Source: a virus. Taken from it: 64,000 nt of DNA. The stretch is taken from the IMG/VR virus record IMGVR_UViG_3300023116_008583, positions 26,192-90,191 of that record; one strand, 5' to 3'. Made by a program: the position numbers and the translations under genes. Numbering within the stretch: the stretch's first letter is position 1; each line of letters starts with the position of its first letter. Below are positions 1 through 9,550 of the stretch, one piece after another. The notes below the pieces were generated by a model. The model searched no databases. It was not told the origin of the DNA and was given only the letters and a program-made list of their open reading frames with translations.

Positions 1-2
1 CT

Positions 3-755
3 GTTAAGTTTGGTACGGGAGAAGAATCCTTATCAAGCACAGAAGAGTTTGACTACTCAGAATTTGATGATGTAGACCCAGGATCAACCAAGACAACTGA
101 AGTTTTTGAGATTCTGAAGAATGTTGTTGAGTGTGGAGTTACCGCGGCTGCGATTCTTACTGCCAGGGGTCCCGAGGCTAGGCAGGGTATTAAAGATTTC
201 CTCTCAAAACTAAACGTGAACTTACAAGTCATCGATACTGTAAACACTTCTTCTCCGGCGGCCAAAGCTGCTAAATTTAGAGGCTATGCAAAACAGTTCA
301 ATCCTTCGACAATGCACTTCTATGAAGATTCAGACCCTAACAGAGCAGCTGTTGAAAACATGGTTAGAAGCTCGAAAGATTTTGAAGGTATTGACGTATT
401 CATTCACAACGTCAAGAAAGGTGAGAAGCAAGACTCGGGTCATGTCTTGGCTACGTATGAAGCTCCTCCTGAACCGAAAAATCCAATGGTGAAGGAAGCA
501 AGAGAGAAAACAGTTAATCTCATGCTTGAAGCGCTCACAGACACAGACGTTCGTCGTATTGAGGGCATAGCAAGAAGAGAGATTAGAGACTTTTTAAGGC
601 AAAACCTCGAGAAAAAAGTAATGAGTTTTGTGCAAAAAGAACTCAAGGGAAGAGACAACGAAAAGATAATCAGAGATATCGCAGCTAAAGTAATTGTTGA
701 TCTCTATCGTGCGCTCTGGGTCAAACGATCTTTTTGGGAACAAGATCTAAAATAG
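3..755 (+). CDS. HAD-like phage protein with C-terminal helical domain (5' partial)
   Basis: Frame is open from position 3, upstream of the 216 start in the track; ILTARG and FYEDS resemble HAD motifs II and IV. Confidence 0.55.
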   Translation, partial: VKFGTGEESLSSTEEFDYSEFDDVDPGSTKTTEVFEILKNVVECGVTAAAILTARGPEARQGIKDFLSKLNVNLQVIDTVNTSSPAAKAAKFRGYAKQFNPSTMHFYEDSDPNRAAVENMVRSSKDFEGIDVFIHNVKKGEKQDSGHVLATYEAPPEPKNPMVKEAREKTVNLMLEALTDTDVRRIEGIARREIRDFLRQNLEKKVMSFVQKELKGRDNEKIIRDIAAKVIVDLYRALWVKRSFWEQDLK

Positions 756-756
756 T

Positions 757-785
757 TTGAACAATCTGATAACATGATGTAGTAT
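757..785 (+). promoter_or_regulatory. sigma70-like promoter
   Basis: TTGAAC-N17-TAGTAT followed by AGGAG RBS and ATG 815. Confidence 0.5.
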
Positions 786-814
786 TTCTTATGCTTTCAT
801 AGGAGATAAACAGC

Positions 815-1798
815 ATGCCTCAAAACCCCAATCTTGAACCTGTTACTTTGCCCATGCCTCTTCGGTTTGAAGAGAAGCCGGAAACTGAATTTGTTAACGA
901 TCTTGATGCACTGCGTGTTGAGCTTGTTGACAGTCCTACTGGCGAGCAAATCCGCAATGTCGCATACCGTTATGTAAAAGCTACCTGGGCTGATTCCCCC
1001 GAAGAAACTGACCCCTTGAATGCCACTCAGCGCGAGCTTTCTGAGACTCTTGAAGATGTCATGCAGTTTCGCGCTCTTCCTGCTGGAATGGAAGCAATGT
1101 CCTTCACATTCCTCATTGGTGGAATCGATCTCCAGACCGTTACTCACTTGATCCGACATCGAGCCGGCACTTTTGCTGCTCAATGCACCGGTGATCGCTG
1201 GCAATCACATAGTCGTGCTTTGGTCCCAGCTGCTGTTCAAAACAGTCCTGAAATCTATGATCGCTGGAAGGACCACGTTGAAGCAGGTAAGCAGCTTTAC
1301 GCAGATATGATCGATACCAGGGAGATTAGTATTATGGATGCCCGGACCATTCTGCCACGTGCCATCGAAACCTTTTACTATGCTCGATTTAATCTGAAAG
1401 ACCTGATCGGTTTCATTCGGCAGCGATGTGATAAGCAAATTCAGCCCGCAGCAGATAATCTGATGGCTGCTAAGATGGCACTTGAGGTTTGCAAGGTTAT
1501 CCCAGAGGCAGCAACTGTTATCGGAACTAAGACTCTGACAGGTCCCGCCATGCACTACGTGCGTAATCTTCGAGCCGGAACCGGAACGAACCTTTATTGG
1601 CCCGACGCTGATACTGACGCTAAGATTGAATACCATCCGAATGATACGATCTATCAGGCTGAAAGAGATGATGTTAACGGTACTAACCCGCCTGAAGATG
1701 AAACAGGTGAAAATAGCAAATTCCGCCAACATTGGAACTCACTGCTAGCACAGATCAATGACATTGAAGTGGAATATCGAGATCGAATGGGTCGATAA
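815..1798 (+). CDS. thyX: Divergent flavin-dependent thymidylate synthase (ThyX-like)
   Basis: HLIRHRAGTFAAQCTGDR (RHRx7S motif with S replaced by C), DARTILP, FIRQR...IQ. Confidence 0.8.
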   Translation: MPQNPNLEPVTLPMPLRFEEKPETEFVNDLDALRVELVDSPTGEQIRNVAYRYVKATWADSPEETDPLNATQRELSETLEDVMQFRALPAGMEAMSFTFLIGGIDLQTVTHLIRHRAGTFAAQCTGDRWQSHSRALVPAAVQNSPEIYDRWKDHVEAGKQLYADMIDTREISIMDARTILPRAIETFYYARFNLKDLIGFIRQRCDKQIQPAADNLMAAKMALEVCKVIPEAATVIGTKTLTGPAMHYVRNLRAGTGTNLYWPDADTDAKIEYHPNDTIYQAERDDVNGTNPPEDETGENSKFRQHWNSLLAQINDIEVEYRDRMGR

Positions 1799-1799
1799 A

Positions 1800-2072
1800 G
1801 TGCCGTTTTCAAATAAAAACACGTCAAGAAGGCGAGAGCTGATTTATAGTTCAATCGATCTACAGCTAAGCTTTTACCAAGCAAATGCAGTTCTGTTGTC
1901 AAACAAAGAAAAAGAAATGAGCGAACAAGAATTTCTTATTTGGGAACAGTACTTACACCCAATTGCAAAATCAGACGAGTTTTTATATCGCGATATAGTT
2001 GAATTCGGTGCTCAGCTACCTGATGTTGGACATGCTTTAAGAGAAAGACTTAAGAAAACATCTTTGTCGTAG
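1800..2072 (+). CDS. hypothetical protein
   Basis: ORF packed directly after thyX; GTG 1800 is the likely start. Confidence 0.55.
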   Translation: MPFSNKNTSRRRELIYSSIDLQLSFYQANAVLLSNKEKEMSEQEFLIWEQYLHPIAKSDEFLYRDIVEFGAQLPDVGHALRERLKKTSLS

Positions 2073-2082
2073 GAAATTAAAT

Positions 2083-2298
2083 TTGAGACTTCGAGAACTA
2101 GATCTTCACGGTTTTGATCATGACTGGGCTAGAAAAATGGTTATTTCTTGGTCGAATCAAAACTTTCCGCCCTACAAGATAATCACAGGAAACTCAGCAC
2201 AGATGCAAAAAATAGTGAGAGAAGTCCTCGGAAAAAAATACAATATTGAATATGAAAGCTATCATAATTTAGGAGCGCTCATTGTTACCCCCAGATAA
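2083..2298 (+). CDS. Smr-domain-like small protein
   Basis: LDLHG and IITGNS motifs. Confidence 0.65.
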   Translation: MRLRELDLHGFDHDWARKMVISWSNQNFPPYKIITGNSAQMQKIVREVLGKKYNIEYESYHNLGALIVTPR

Positions 2299-2446
2299 TC
2301 TAAATCCAGAAATCTTAAGAGTTATGTTAATGGCTGCTATTATAGAGCTAGAGGAAACTAAAAGAAAGAATTCTTTATACTCTGTGCTTATACCCTTTAT
2401 GTTTACAGTAGGCCTAGGCGTAGGCTTCTACATTGGAATTTCATAA
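2282..2446 (+). CDS. small membrane protein (not in ORF track)
   Basis: TTG start after AGGAG; 54 aa with hydrophobic C-terminus VLIPFMFTVGLGVGFYIGIS; fills the gap between neighbours. Confidence 0.5.
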   Translation: MLPPDNLNPEILRVMLMAAIIELEETKRKNSLYSVLIPFMFTVGLGVGFYIGIS

Positions 2447-2459
2447 TTTTGGAGAAAAA

Positions 2460-2897
2460 ATGAAAGTTTATATCGCATCACCTTTTTTCAATCCTAAGCA
2501 AGTTGATCAAGTCGAGTTTATGAAGAATGCTTTGACTGCAACTGGTCATGAGTATTTTAGTCCAAAGGATTTTTTCGTTCTCAAACCAAATGCAACTCAA
2601 GAAGATCGTCAACGCATCTTTGATGTGAACTGCGAAAAGATTCAGTGGGCTGATTTTGTTCTTTGCAATACTGAGGCAAAAGATCTCGGTACTATTTGGG
2701 AAGCAGGATATGCTTATGGCATCAATAAGCCTGTTGTTTTCTTTGCAGAAGGTCTCCCGGATGGAAAGTTCAATGTGATGCTTAGTGAAGCAGGACAATC
2801 TGTTAATACGACCAGAGATCAGCTTGTCGATTATCTAGACCGTGTAAATGAATCTGGAGAGCTTATAATTGAACAGTACACGGGGTTCACGCAGTAA
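2460..2897 (+). CDS. nucleoside 2-deoxyribosyltransferase / MilB-RCL-like nucleotide N-glycosidase
   Basis: KVYIASPFF, DLGTIWEAGYA (catalytic Glu), FNVML; GGAG RBS before ATG 2460. Confidence 0.85.
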   Translation: MKVYIASPFFNPKQVDQVEFMKNALTATGHEYFSPKDFFVLKPNATQEDRQRIFDVNCEKIQWADFVLCNTEAKDLGTIWEAGYAYGINKPVVFFAEGLPDGKFNVMLSEAGQSVNTTRDQLVDYLDRVNESGELIIEQYTGFTQ

Positions 2898-2899
2898 GC

Positions 2900-3223
2900 A
2901 TGAAACACGACATCATTACTGAAGAAAATGCGGATAGATTTAAAGGACAGACTCAAATGCCTAATTTGATCCTGTACCCTATTAAGAAAATTGATGACAA
3001 TATTTTTGAAGTAGTGAAAAAGGAAACAATGGTTTTTTGGGGAAACAAAGAAGGCAATAGTATCAAGTCTTCTAATGTGTCTCTGAAATCCATTGGAAAG
3101 TTTGACGGCGAGTTGAGTGAGGCTTTACAAGTTTTAAAATCAACGCTTCCACCGTCTCAGGCCTTCCTAATACACGTGGAAGGAAATAATATTAGCAGGG
3201 CAATGATTCCCCTGAGAAAGTAA
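2900..3223 (+). CDS. hypothetical protein
   Basis: ORF in operon-like packing. Confidence 0.6.
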   Translation: MKHDIITEENADRFKGQTQMPNLILYPIKKIDDNIFEVVKKETMVFWGNKEGNSIKSSNVSLKSIGKFDGELSEALQVLKSTLPPSQAFLIHVEGNNISRAMIPLRK

Positions 3224-3231
3224 GAAATTTT

Positions 3232-3585
3232 ATGAATGTCAGCGAAACAAAAAGCGCTTTAATTGAAGCACATGAACAACTTTGTTCGTTTGCGAAGTCT
3301 CTTCATGTCTTAGGTTTTAAAGATGATGATTATTTTGATTTCGAATTTGAGTGGATCCAGATGTGTGTAGGTTTGTGCGAAATCTATTCCACCAGCACAG
3401 ACGAGTTTGTAAAAAATCGAGCACTAAAGAAGATCAATTCGATCATCGGCAATGAAGATTCAGATAATCAACTTTCTTTTGATTTCGCTACATCTGCTAA
3501 GTCTAATCCGATTAAAGCAGTTCGTGCAACTAAAGAAAACACCATGCCTTTTGATTTTGAGAGCGTAAATTTCATTGACGACTAA
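3232..3585 (+). CDS. hypothetical protein
   Basis: ORF in operon-like packing. Confidence 0.6.
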   Translation: MNVSETKSALIEAHEQLCSFAKSLHVLGFKDDDYFDFEFEWIQMCVGLCEIYSTSTDEFVKNRALKKINSIIGNEDSDNQLSFDFATSAKSNPIKAVRATKENTMPFDFESVNFIDD

Positions 3586-3775
3586 CGAAAGAAAGCCTAT
3601 TTTGGAAGATGAGAGCATTCTTTGGCCCGGAACAAAGATCGTGGTTAAAGAAACCAAGGAGCAAGGAATAATCTTGCACTCTCTCAGATACGGTGAAACT
3701 TATTCCGTTCAAACACCCTCAGGTAACGTTTTAACTCTTAAGAAAACAGATATGGAGATCATGTCATGCGAGTAA
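3575..3775 (+). CDS. small SH3/KOW-like protein
   Basis: PGTKIVVK...G...YSV beta-barrel pattern. Confidence 0.45.
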   Translation: MTTNERKPILEDESILWPGTKIVVKETKEQGIILHSLRYGETYSVQTPSGNVLTLKKTDMEIMSCE

Positions 3776-4737
3776 TGATTACAGGTGAAGAAGGATTTAT
3801 CGCAAAGAATCTACCTGCCTCTTTTGATGCTCTTGGGCACGAGTTTGTTCCGTTTTTGAACAACAAGAATTTGGTGTGCCTTGATACGGGCGAACCTTGT
3901 GTGTATAGAAACACAGAAGATGACTGGGCTAGAGAGTTATCTGCCAACGAAATTGATTTAGTAGTGCACAATGCTGCGGTTGTGGGAACTGATGTTGTTG
4001 CCCTTAACAGTTCTGAGTCTACGCAATCTAATGTGACAGGAACATACAATATTTGTAGAGCTGCAAAAAAATTGAATATTCCAGTTTGCTATATCGGAAC
4101 TACAGTGATTTACGATACAGCTGCATATCAAAGAAACGTCATTCACGAAACGTCAGCGAGATTTCCAAGAACTCTTTATGGAATTCAAAAAAGAGCATCT
4201 GAAGATATCGTGATGTCAGTTTGCAAGGACTATAATATCGTGAGGCCTCTGTTTGCTTACGGAGGTGTCGGCGACATGAACAGCCTAATATCGAAGACTT
4301 TTTATGCTGCTACTAAGGGTGTAGAACAAATAGATATGTTTCTTGACCCAGCTAAAGTCAAGGATTACATGCATGTTGAAGATTTCTGCGATGGAGTTGC
4401 ACTAGCGTGTCACAACCAGGCATGGGGCACTAGTTTTAATATCGCTGCAGAAAACCCCTATGATACTCGAGAAATCGTAAGGGTGATGGAAAGAGTTTCA
4501 AAATTAGATTTGATGCATAAGATAAAATGGCATCCCGAAACTGACTATCTTGGGAATCACAGACTGTCTTCAGAAAAGTTTAAGTTAGCGTTTAACTGGA
4601 AACCTAAGTATACCCTCAAGTCAGGAATTCAAGCAGCTTGGAATTCAATCTCAGCTTCTGAAGATACAAGCTATGATCCTCTTAAATACCTGAACGAAGC
4701 AAAAGAAAAAGGTGTAGATCTAACTCAATTTTACTAG
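3766..4737 (+). CDS. NAD-dependent epimerase/dehydratase (extended SDR)
   Basis: ITGEEGFIA Rossmann loop, HNAA, YGIQK (YxxxK), DYMHVED. Confidence 0.9.
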   Translation: MRVMITGEEGFIAKNLPASFDALGHEFVPFLNNKNLVCLDTGEPCVYRNTEDDWARELSANEIDLVVHNAAVVGTDVVALNSSESTQSNVTGTYNICRAAKKLNIPVCYIGTTVIYDTAAYQRNVIHETSARFPRTLYGIQKRASEDIVMSVCKDYNIVRPLFAYGGVGDMNSLISKTFYAATKGVEQIDMFLDPAKVKDYMHVEDFCDGVALACHNQAWGTSFNIAAENPYDTREIVRVMERVSKLDLMHKIKWHPETDYLGNHRLSSEKFKLAFNWKPKYTLKSGIQAAWNSISASEDTSYDPLKYLNEAKEKGVDLTQFY

Positions 4738-4749
4738 AGTAGAAATAAA

Positions 4750-5910
4750 TTGTCAAAAGAGCTTCCCGATAATGTAATTCCTTTTCCTTTGGAAAAAGTA
4801 AATCCTCCAAAAAAGGAAATGTTTTATCATGACATCATTAAGACAAAAACTGCGTCGGAAATGTCTGATGAAGAGCTAGTTTTTTGTCTTCTCAACACTC
4901 CAATTTCTTCTCTTGGCGACGCATACGATGAAAAATTTTGGTCTAGAAGAATTTCCTTGCTGATCAAAGTAGGTGTTTCGCTAGATCACCCAGATATCGT
5001 TGATGTTTTTGATAACGTAGAGCCTGAAGATGAAGTTCAAGCAGAAAAGCATCGCTTTGATATCTGTGTTTCTAGAGGGAATAAAATAGTAACGATCTGT
5101 GAGCTCAAATGTCTCTCAGAAATCTCTGAAAACCAGCTTGAAAAATATAGCAAAAAGCTTGAGACCAGGAAGTCCAGTTCAGCCCCTAGATATTTGATCT
5201 CTTTGTTTGACCCGAACTATGATCAAGTACCTAATCAATGGAAAGATATATCACTCTGTTATTTTGCAGAAGCGTTTAGAGAGATCTCGGAAGTCTTAGT
5301 TCGAAATCCTGCTATCGCGAATGACTTTTTAAACTGTCATGATTTTTTAATTCTTGTTGATGAGCTTGCATATAGATTTGACACAGACATGGATCCTTTT
5401 GACAACGACTCTGCAGATTTGACCAGAATGAAAGACATAGCGCTTAGGACTGACTTTTTTAAGCCCTTAGACAGGATCGTCCAGCAAGTATGCGCATCTG
5501 CAGCTTGCAAACTGCTTGATAAAAACAACCAAGATTTCTTTCTCCAAACAGGAAATACTCGGGGTAACAATTACTTCAATATCTTTACAAACGTGGAGGG
5601 AGTTGAAGTGGGAGTGCAGTTTCAAAATGGTGCATTAAAACTGTATAGAAACAGTCAAAAAGATACCCCAGAATTAAATGAAGTCCTGAGCAGAATTGCA
5701 AATTTCATATCGAAGTCAGAAAGATCATTCTCGTCAGATAAAGGTAAAGGTTTTAGATCTATCCGGCTAAACGATCTAAAGAACAAGTGTGATGCCTGGA
5801 CAGTCAATGGGAAAAAGCAGATAATAAAAACTTGCTTTGAAGGAATTGTTTTACTCAATTCTATCACATGTAAAAACAAGATCTTTAAGGTAGAATCATT
5901 ACATGATTAA
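4750..5910 (+). CDS. PD-(D/E)xK nuclease superfamily protein
   Basis: RFDI...ICELK...ENQLEKY. Confidence 0.7.
   Translation: MSKELPDNVIPFPLEKVNPPKKEMFYHDIIKTKTASEMSDEELVFCLLNTPISSLGDAYDEKFWSRRISLLIKVGVSLDHPDIVDVFDNVEPEDEVQAEKHRFDICVSRGNKIVTICELKCLSEISENQLEKYSKKLETRKSSSAPRYLISLFDPNYDQVPNQWKDISLCYFAEAFREISEVLVRNPAIANDFLNCHDFLILVDELAYRFDTDMDPFDNDSADLTRMKDIALRTDFFKPLDRIVQQVCASAACKLLDKNNQDFFLQTGNTRGNNYFNIFTNVEGVEVGVQFQNGALKLYRNSQKDTPELNEVLSRIANFISKSERSFSSDKGKGFRSIRLNDLKNKCDAWTVNGKKQIIKTCFEGIVLLNSITCKNKIFKVESLHD
5868..5896 (+). promoter_or_regulatory. sigma70-like promoter, probably leaderless
   Basis: ATGTAA-N17-TAGAAT, 6 nt before ATG 5903. Confidence 0.5.
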
Positions 5911-7543
5911 AACAGAAGACTGGATCGATTACTTTCCTCACGAAAAACCCAGGCCTGTGCAAGAAGATGCCATCAACAGGATCTTGAATTCGTTTTTATC
6001 CTCTGATAAAAAGTTTTTCATAGCTGAAATGGGTACGGGCTGCGGAAAGTCGGCAATTGGCGTCACAGTTGCTAGATATCTTAACTATGTTGTCAACGAA
6101 GACATTGAAGGATTTGGAAGAGGAGCGTATTTTGTTACTACCCAAAAGATTCTCCAGGACCAGTACGTAAAAGATTTCGGGGGCTATGGCCCTATGAGAA
6201 GCATAAAATCTGCGTCAAATTACCAGTGCGTCTTTCACAAGAACAATAGTTGTGCAGAATCTCAGGCGATGCTAAGGTCTGTTGAGAAAGATACACCTTT
6301 CTTTAAGACCTGCTCAGGACACTGCACTTATAGGAAAAATAAAGATGACTTCTTGAAGTCCCCAGAGTCAGTCGTTAACTTTCCGTATTTTTTAACTGAA
6401 GCAACTTATAATGGAAAAATTACTCCTCGAAATTTTCTTGTACTTGATGAGTCTCATAATGCTGAGCAGGAGCTCTCAAGATTTATTGAGATTGCAATTT
6501 CTGAGAGATTTGTAAAAAGCACTCTAAAGATGAACTGGCTGGGAGAAAAGAGTCAGCTTAACTCTTTCTTGTGGGTTAGAGATAAATACTTTCCAAAAGT
6601 CAAAGATCGCTTAAGTCACGTTGAAGGAATACTTAAAAAGTTTGAAGGGCTTAAAGAGAAGCTTGAAGAATTTGCTGGTTTTGCCAGACAACATGATATG
6701 CTAAAATCTCATGTTGATAGACTGACTACTTTTATTAGACACTACGATAAAGAGAACTGGGTCTGTGAATATGACTCAGGGTATGGTCGAAAGCTAGCAA
6801 AGGTTGTGTTCAAGCCTGTAGATGTGTCAGATTTTGCCAAGGACTATTTGCTTAGGCTTGGGCACAGAACTCTTTTGATGTCTGCTACTATCGTCAATCA
6901 CAAGTCTTTTTGTAGGTCTTTGGGAATCTCCTTGAGTGAAACTGAGTTTATCTCAACTCCTTCTCCTTTTCCCAAAGAAGGCCGGCCAATAGTTGAGCTT
7001 CTCGTTGGCAAGATGAATGCTAAAGAGATAGACAATACCCTTCCGGTGCTAGCACAAACCGTAGAAGAGATCTTGAAAATGCATCCTGATGAAAAGGGTA
7101 TCATTCACTGCCACACTTTTAAGATTGCAAAATATCTTTGGGAAAATGTAGGTGAAGGAAATGATAGGCTCCTTTTGCACGATACAGACACGAGAGATGA
7201 AGTTCTTCAGCAGCACATGAGAGCAGAAGAACCCACAGTCCTACTCAGTCCTTCAATGCAGGAAGGTGTAGATCTTAGGGGTGATTATTCGAGATTCCAG
7301 ATTATTTGTAAAGTACCTTTTCCGTATCTCGGAGACAAGGTGGTAAAAAAGCGGATGTCCAAGTGGCCTGAGTGGTATTCGACTCAGACAGCAAAAACTG
7401 TGATACAGGCAGTGGGACGCAGTGTAAGATCTGAGGACGATCATGCAGTTACATATATCTTAGACGAAGGCTGGCGATACTTTTACAATCGTCACAAGGA
7501 ATACTTCCCGCAAGACTTCAGAGAGTGTTTGCAAAGGTACTAA
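5903..7543 (+). CDS. DinG/YoaA/XPD-family SF2 helicase
   Basis: Q motif PRPVQ, GTGCGKS, four-Cys (Fe-S) region, DESH, SAT, EGVD, QAVGRSVR. Confidence 0.9.
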   Translation: MIKTEDWIDYFPHEKPRPVQEDAINRILNSFLSSDKKFFIAEMGTGCGKSAIGVTVARYLNYVVNEDIEGFGRGAYFVTTQKILQDQYVKDFGGYGPMRSIKSASNYQCVFHKNNSCAESQAMLRSVEKDTPFFKTCSGHCTYRKNKDDFLKSPESVVNFPYFLTEATYNGKITPRNFLVLDESHNAEQELSRFIEIAISERFVKSTLKMNWLGEKSQLNSFLWVRDKYFPKVKDRLSHVEGILKKFEGLKEKLEEFAGFARQHDMLKSHVDRLTTFIRHYDKENWVCEYDSGYGRKLAKVVFKPVDVSDFAKDYLLRLGHRTLLMSATIVNHKSFCRSLGISLSETEFISTPSPFPKEGRPIVELLVGKMNAKEIDNTLPVLAQTVEEILKMHPDEKGIIHCHTFKIAKYLWENVGEGNDRLLLHDTDTRDEVLQQHMRAEEPTVLLSPSMQEGVDLRGDYSRFQIICKVPFPYLGDKVVKKRMSKWPEWYSTQTAKTVIQAVGRSVRSEDDHAVTYILDEGWRYFYNRHKEYFPQDFRECLQRY

Positions 7544-7546
7544 TCA

Positions 7547-7864
7547 ATGGATCAGGCTGAATGCAATAGACAGAAACTAGTCAGCATAAGCCTCGGGGAT
7601 CTAATCAAGCTTGAACCTAAGAAAGTTAGAGTAGATAGAATATCAAAGCCCTGTCTTTGGAAGCCGATAAAGGTTGTTACCTGGAACGAAGATCTAAGCT
7701 TTTTTTATAGCGGCTTATACACAGAGATCACGTCAGGAATAGTAGTTAAGAAGCACATGTACACTATGTGGCACGGAAAGCTGTTCCAAGGCGTGGAGAT
7801 AATGACGTCTGAAGGATCTGCGATGCTTAACATCAATGATTTTAAAAACGTAAAAATTGTCTAA
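7547..7864 (+). CDS. hypothetical protein (GDL-type beta-barrel)
   Basis: ORF packing; SLGDLIKL. Confidence 0.5.
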   Translation: MDQAECNRQKLVSISLGDLIKLEPKKVRVDRISKPCLWKPIKVVTWNEDLSFFYSGLYTEITSGIVVKKHMYTMWHGKLFQGVEIMTSEGSAMLNINDFKNVKIV

Positions 7865-8210
7865 AAAGCTCGCTGTTTTTGGTAGGCTTTTTTATTTTAA
7901 AAAGAAGCCAATATTTACAATTGATATGCTTCCATCCTTTCCCTACTTCGATTTTGACGTGTTCAAAAAAACCTCCTATAGGGACTTGTATTTCGGCAAT
8001 ATTATCAAAAATGTTCAGAAAGAGAGTCTTAAAGATCCAGGATTCATGAACCCAAGAGTCAAGAATCTTTTGCAAGACATAGACGCAGTCAGCGCCGAAC
8101 TAGAATCCTACGCTTTGCAAAATCCACTTGCAGCACCACCGCCTGAGACCAAGAAGAAGGTAGATGAAATATACGCAACAGCAAAGCGCTTAAGAGTTTA
8201 TCCTGATTAA
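7857..8210 (+). CDS. hypothetical protein
   Basis: ORF packing. Confidence 0.55.
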   Translation: MSKKLAVFGRLFYFKKKPIFTIDMLPSFPYFDFDVFKKTSYRDLYFGNIIKNVQKESLKDPGFMNPRVKNLLQDIDAVSAELESYALQNPLAAPPPETKKKVDEIYATAKRLRVYPD

Positions 8211-8213
8211 GAC

Positions 8214-8220
8214 ATACTTA
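8214..8220 (+). promoter_or_regulatory. putative late-promoter motif ATACTTA
   Basis: Intergenic ATAYTTA, 7 nt before ATG 8228. Confidence 0.5.
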
Positions 8221-8227
8221 TTCACGT

Positions 8228-9034
8228 ATGATTACTTTTATTTTAATACTTCTTGTACTTATTGGGATTCATGAGCTTGGCCATCTGGTTGCCGGGCATC
8301 TGCTTAAAGTGCAGCCTAAAGTTTTCTCTATCGGGTTCGGTCCTGCGCTTCTAAAATGGAAGTGGAAGGGCACGATTTGGAAACTCAGCCTGTTCCCCTT
8401 GGGCGGATACGTTAGGTTTAAAGGTGATCAAGATTTAGATTCAACAGACCCGACTACTTTTTGGGGATGTGCTCCGTGGCGCAGAGCTGCAATCGCTTTC
8501 GCAGGCCCAGCAGTCAATCTGATCTTTCCGTTCTTTCTGTACTTTTTCTACGCGTGGGGTCATGAGGTCCCTCGAGGTCCAAATGATATTCCTCCTCCGC
8601 CCGGAGCGCAAGTCGCAACGATAGATGCTCCTTGGGCTGCTAATATCTCGTGGAGAATCACGACAAACATGTACGGCGCAATGCACGAGGGTGTGAAAGA
8701 GATGGTAACAAAGGCACCCACACAAGACACCTTGGGTGGCCCAGTGATGATCTACGAGATGTCAAAGGCGGCAGAAGAAACGACTGTAAAACAAAAAGAT
8801 ATGGGACACGTGATCGATCTTTTAGCAATGCTTAGTATCAATCTCGGTTTCTTAAATTTACTTCCTATACCCGCGCTTGATGGAAGCCACATCGTGCTAT
8901 CTGGTGTAGAAACTGTGACCAGAAAAAAGATATCATATAAAACTCGCATGAGACTTACAATGGTGGGCGTTGTTATGCTGCTCTCAATCATGGCCTTCGC
9001 GATCTACTCAGATATCGCTAGATACTTTCTGTAG
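8228..9034 (+). CDS. site-2 protease (M50, RseP-like, no PDZ)
   Basis: HELGH, FSIGFG, PLGGYV, AGPAVN, NLLPIPALDG, TM segments. Confidence 0.9.
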   Translation: MITFILILLVLIGIHELGHLVAGHLLKVQPKVFSIGFGPALLKWKWKGTIWKLSLFPLGGYVRFKGDQDLDSTDPTTFWGCAPWRRAAIAFAGPAVNLIFPFFLYFFYAWGHEVPRGPNDIPPPPGAQVATIDAPWAANISWRITTNMYGAMHEGVKEMVTKAPTQDTLGGPVMIYEMSKAAEETTVKQKDMGHVIDLLAMLSINLGFLNLLPIPALDGSHIVLSGVETVTRKKISYKTRMRLTMVGVVMLLSIMAFAIYSDIARYFL

Positions 9035-9040
9035 ACTGTC

Positions 9041-9454
9041 GTGAGAAATCTTTTAATAATAGTAGCTTCTTTCGCCCTGATAAGCCTAGGTTGGTTTGCA
9101 CCGTCCAACCCTTCTGCTAAGCTTGTTGTTCAAGGGCATGATCACACTTGGGTTGGAAGCTACGCCAAGGTTAGTTTGAAAATTATACCTCCAAAAAGTC
9201 TCCAACTTAAGGAAGACGCGCCACTAAGATTAAAAATTGCTGTGACGCCTAATCTAACAACTTCTCCGGATATATTGCGCGCAAAACAAGAAAATTTTGT
9301 ACAGGGAGTCGCGATGTTCAACTTCCTTGTCAGAGGTGCAAAACCAGGTCTTGGCAAGGTAACAGTTGATGTCTCATACTTTCTGTGCTCAGACACAATC
9401 TGCAAGAGATACACTGACACAATCAGCCATCCGGTTTACGTCAAAAAAGACTAA
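9041..9454 (+). CDS. exported beta-sandwich protein (DsbD-N-like)
   Basis: Signal peptide; YFLCSDTIC cysteine pair. Confidence 0.5.
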   Translation: MRNLLIIVASFALISLGWFAPSNPSAKLVVQGHDHTWVGSYAKVSLKIIPPKSLQLKEDAPLRLKIAVTPNLTTSPDILRAKQENFVQGVAMFNFLVRGAKPGLGKVTVDVSYFLCSDTICKRYTDTISHPVYVKKD

Positions 9455-9504
9455 TTTTTAAAATTTGGCTTCATGGAAACCCGTCCTTTGAGGCAGGCTT
9501 TCTT

Positions 9505-9533
9505 GTGTAAATCTCATTTCTTCTGCGTATAAT
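9505..9533 (+). promoter_or_regulatory. sigma70-like promoter
   Basis: GTGTAA-N17-TATAAT, then AGGAG RBS. Confidence 0.7.
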
Positions 9534-9550
9534 AACTGCAGGAGAAACAA

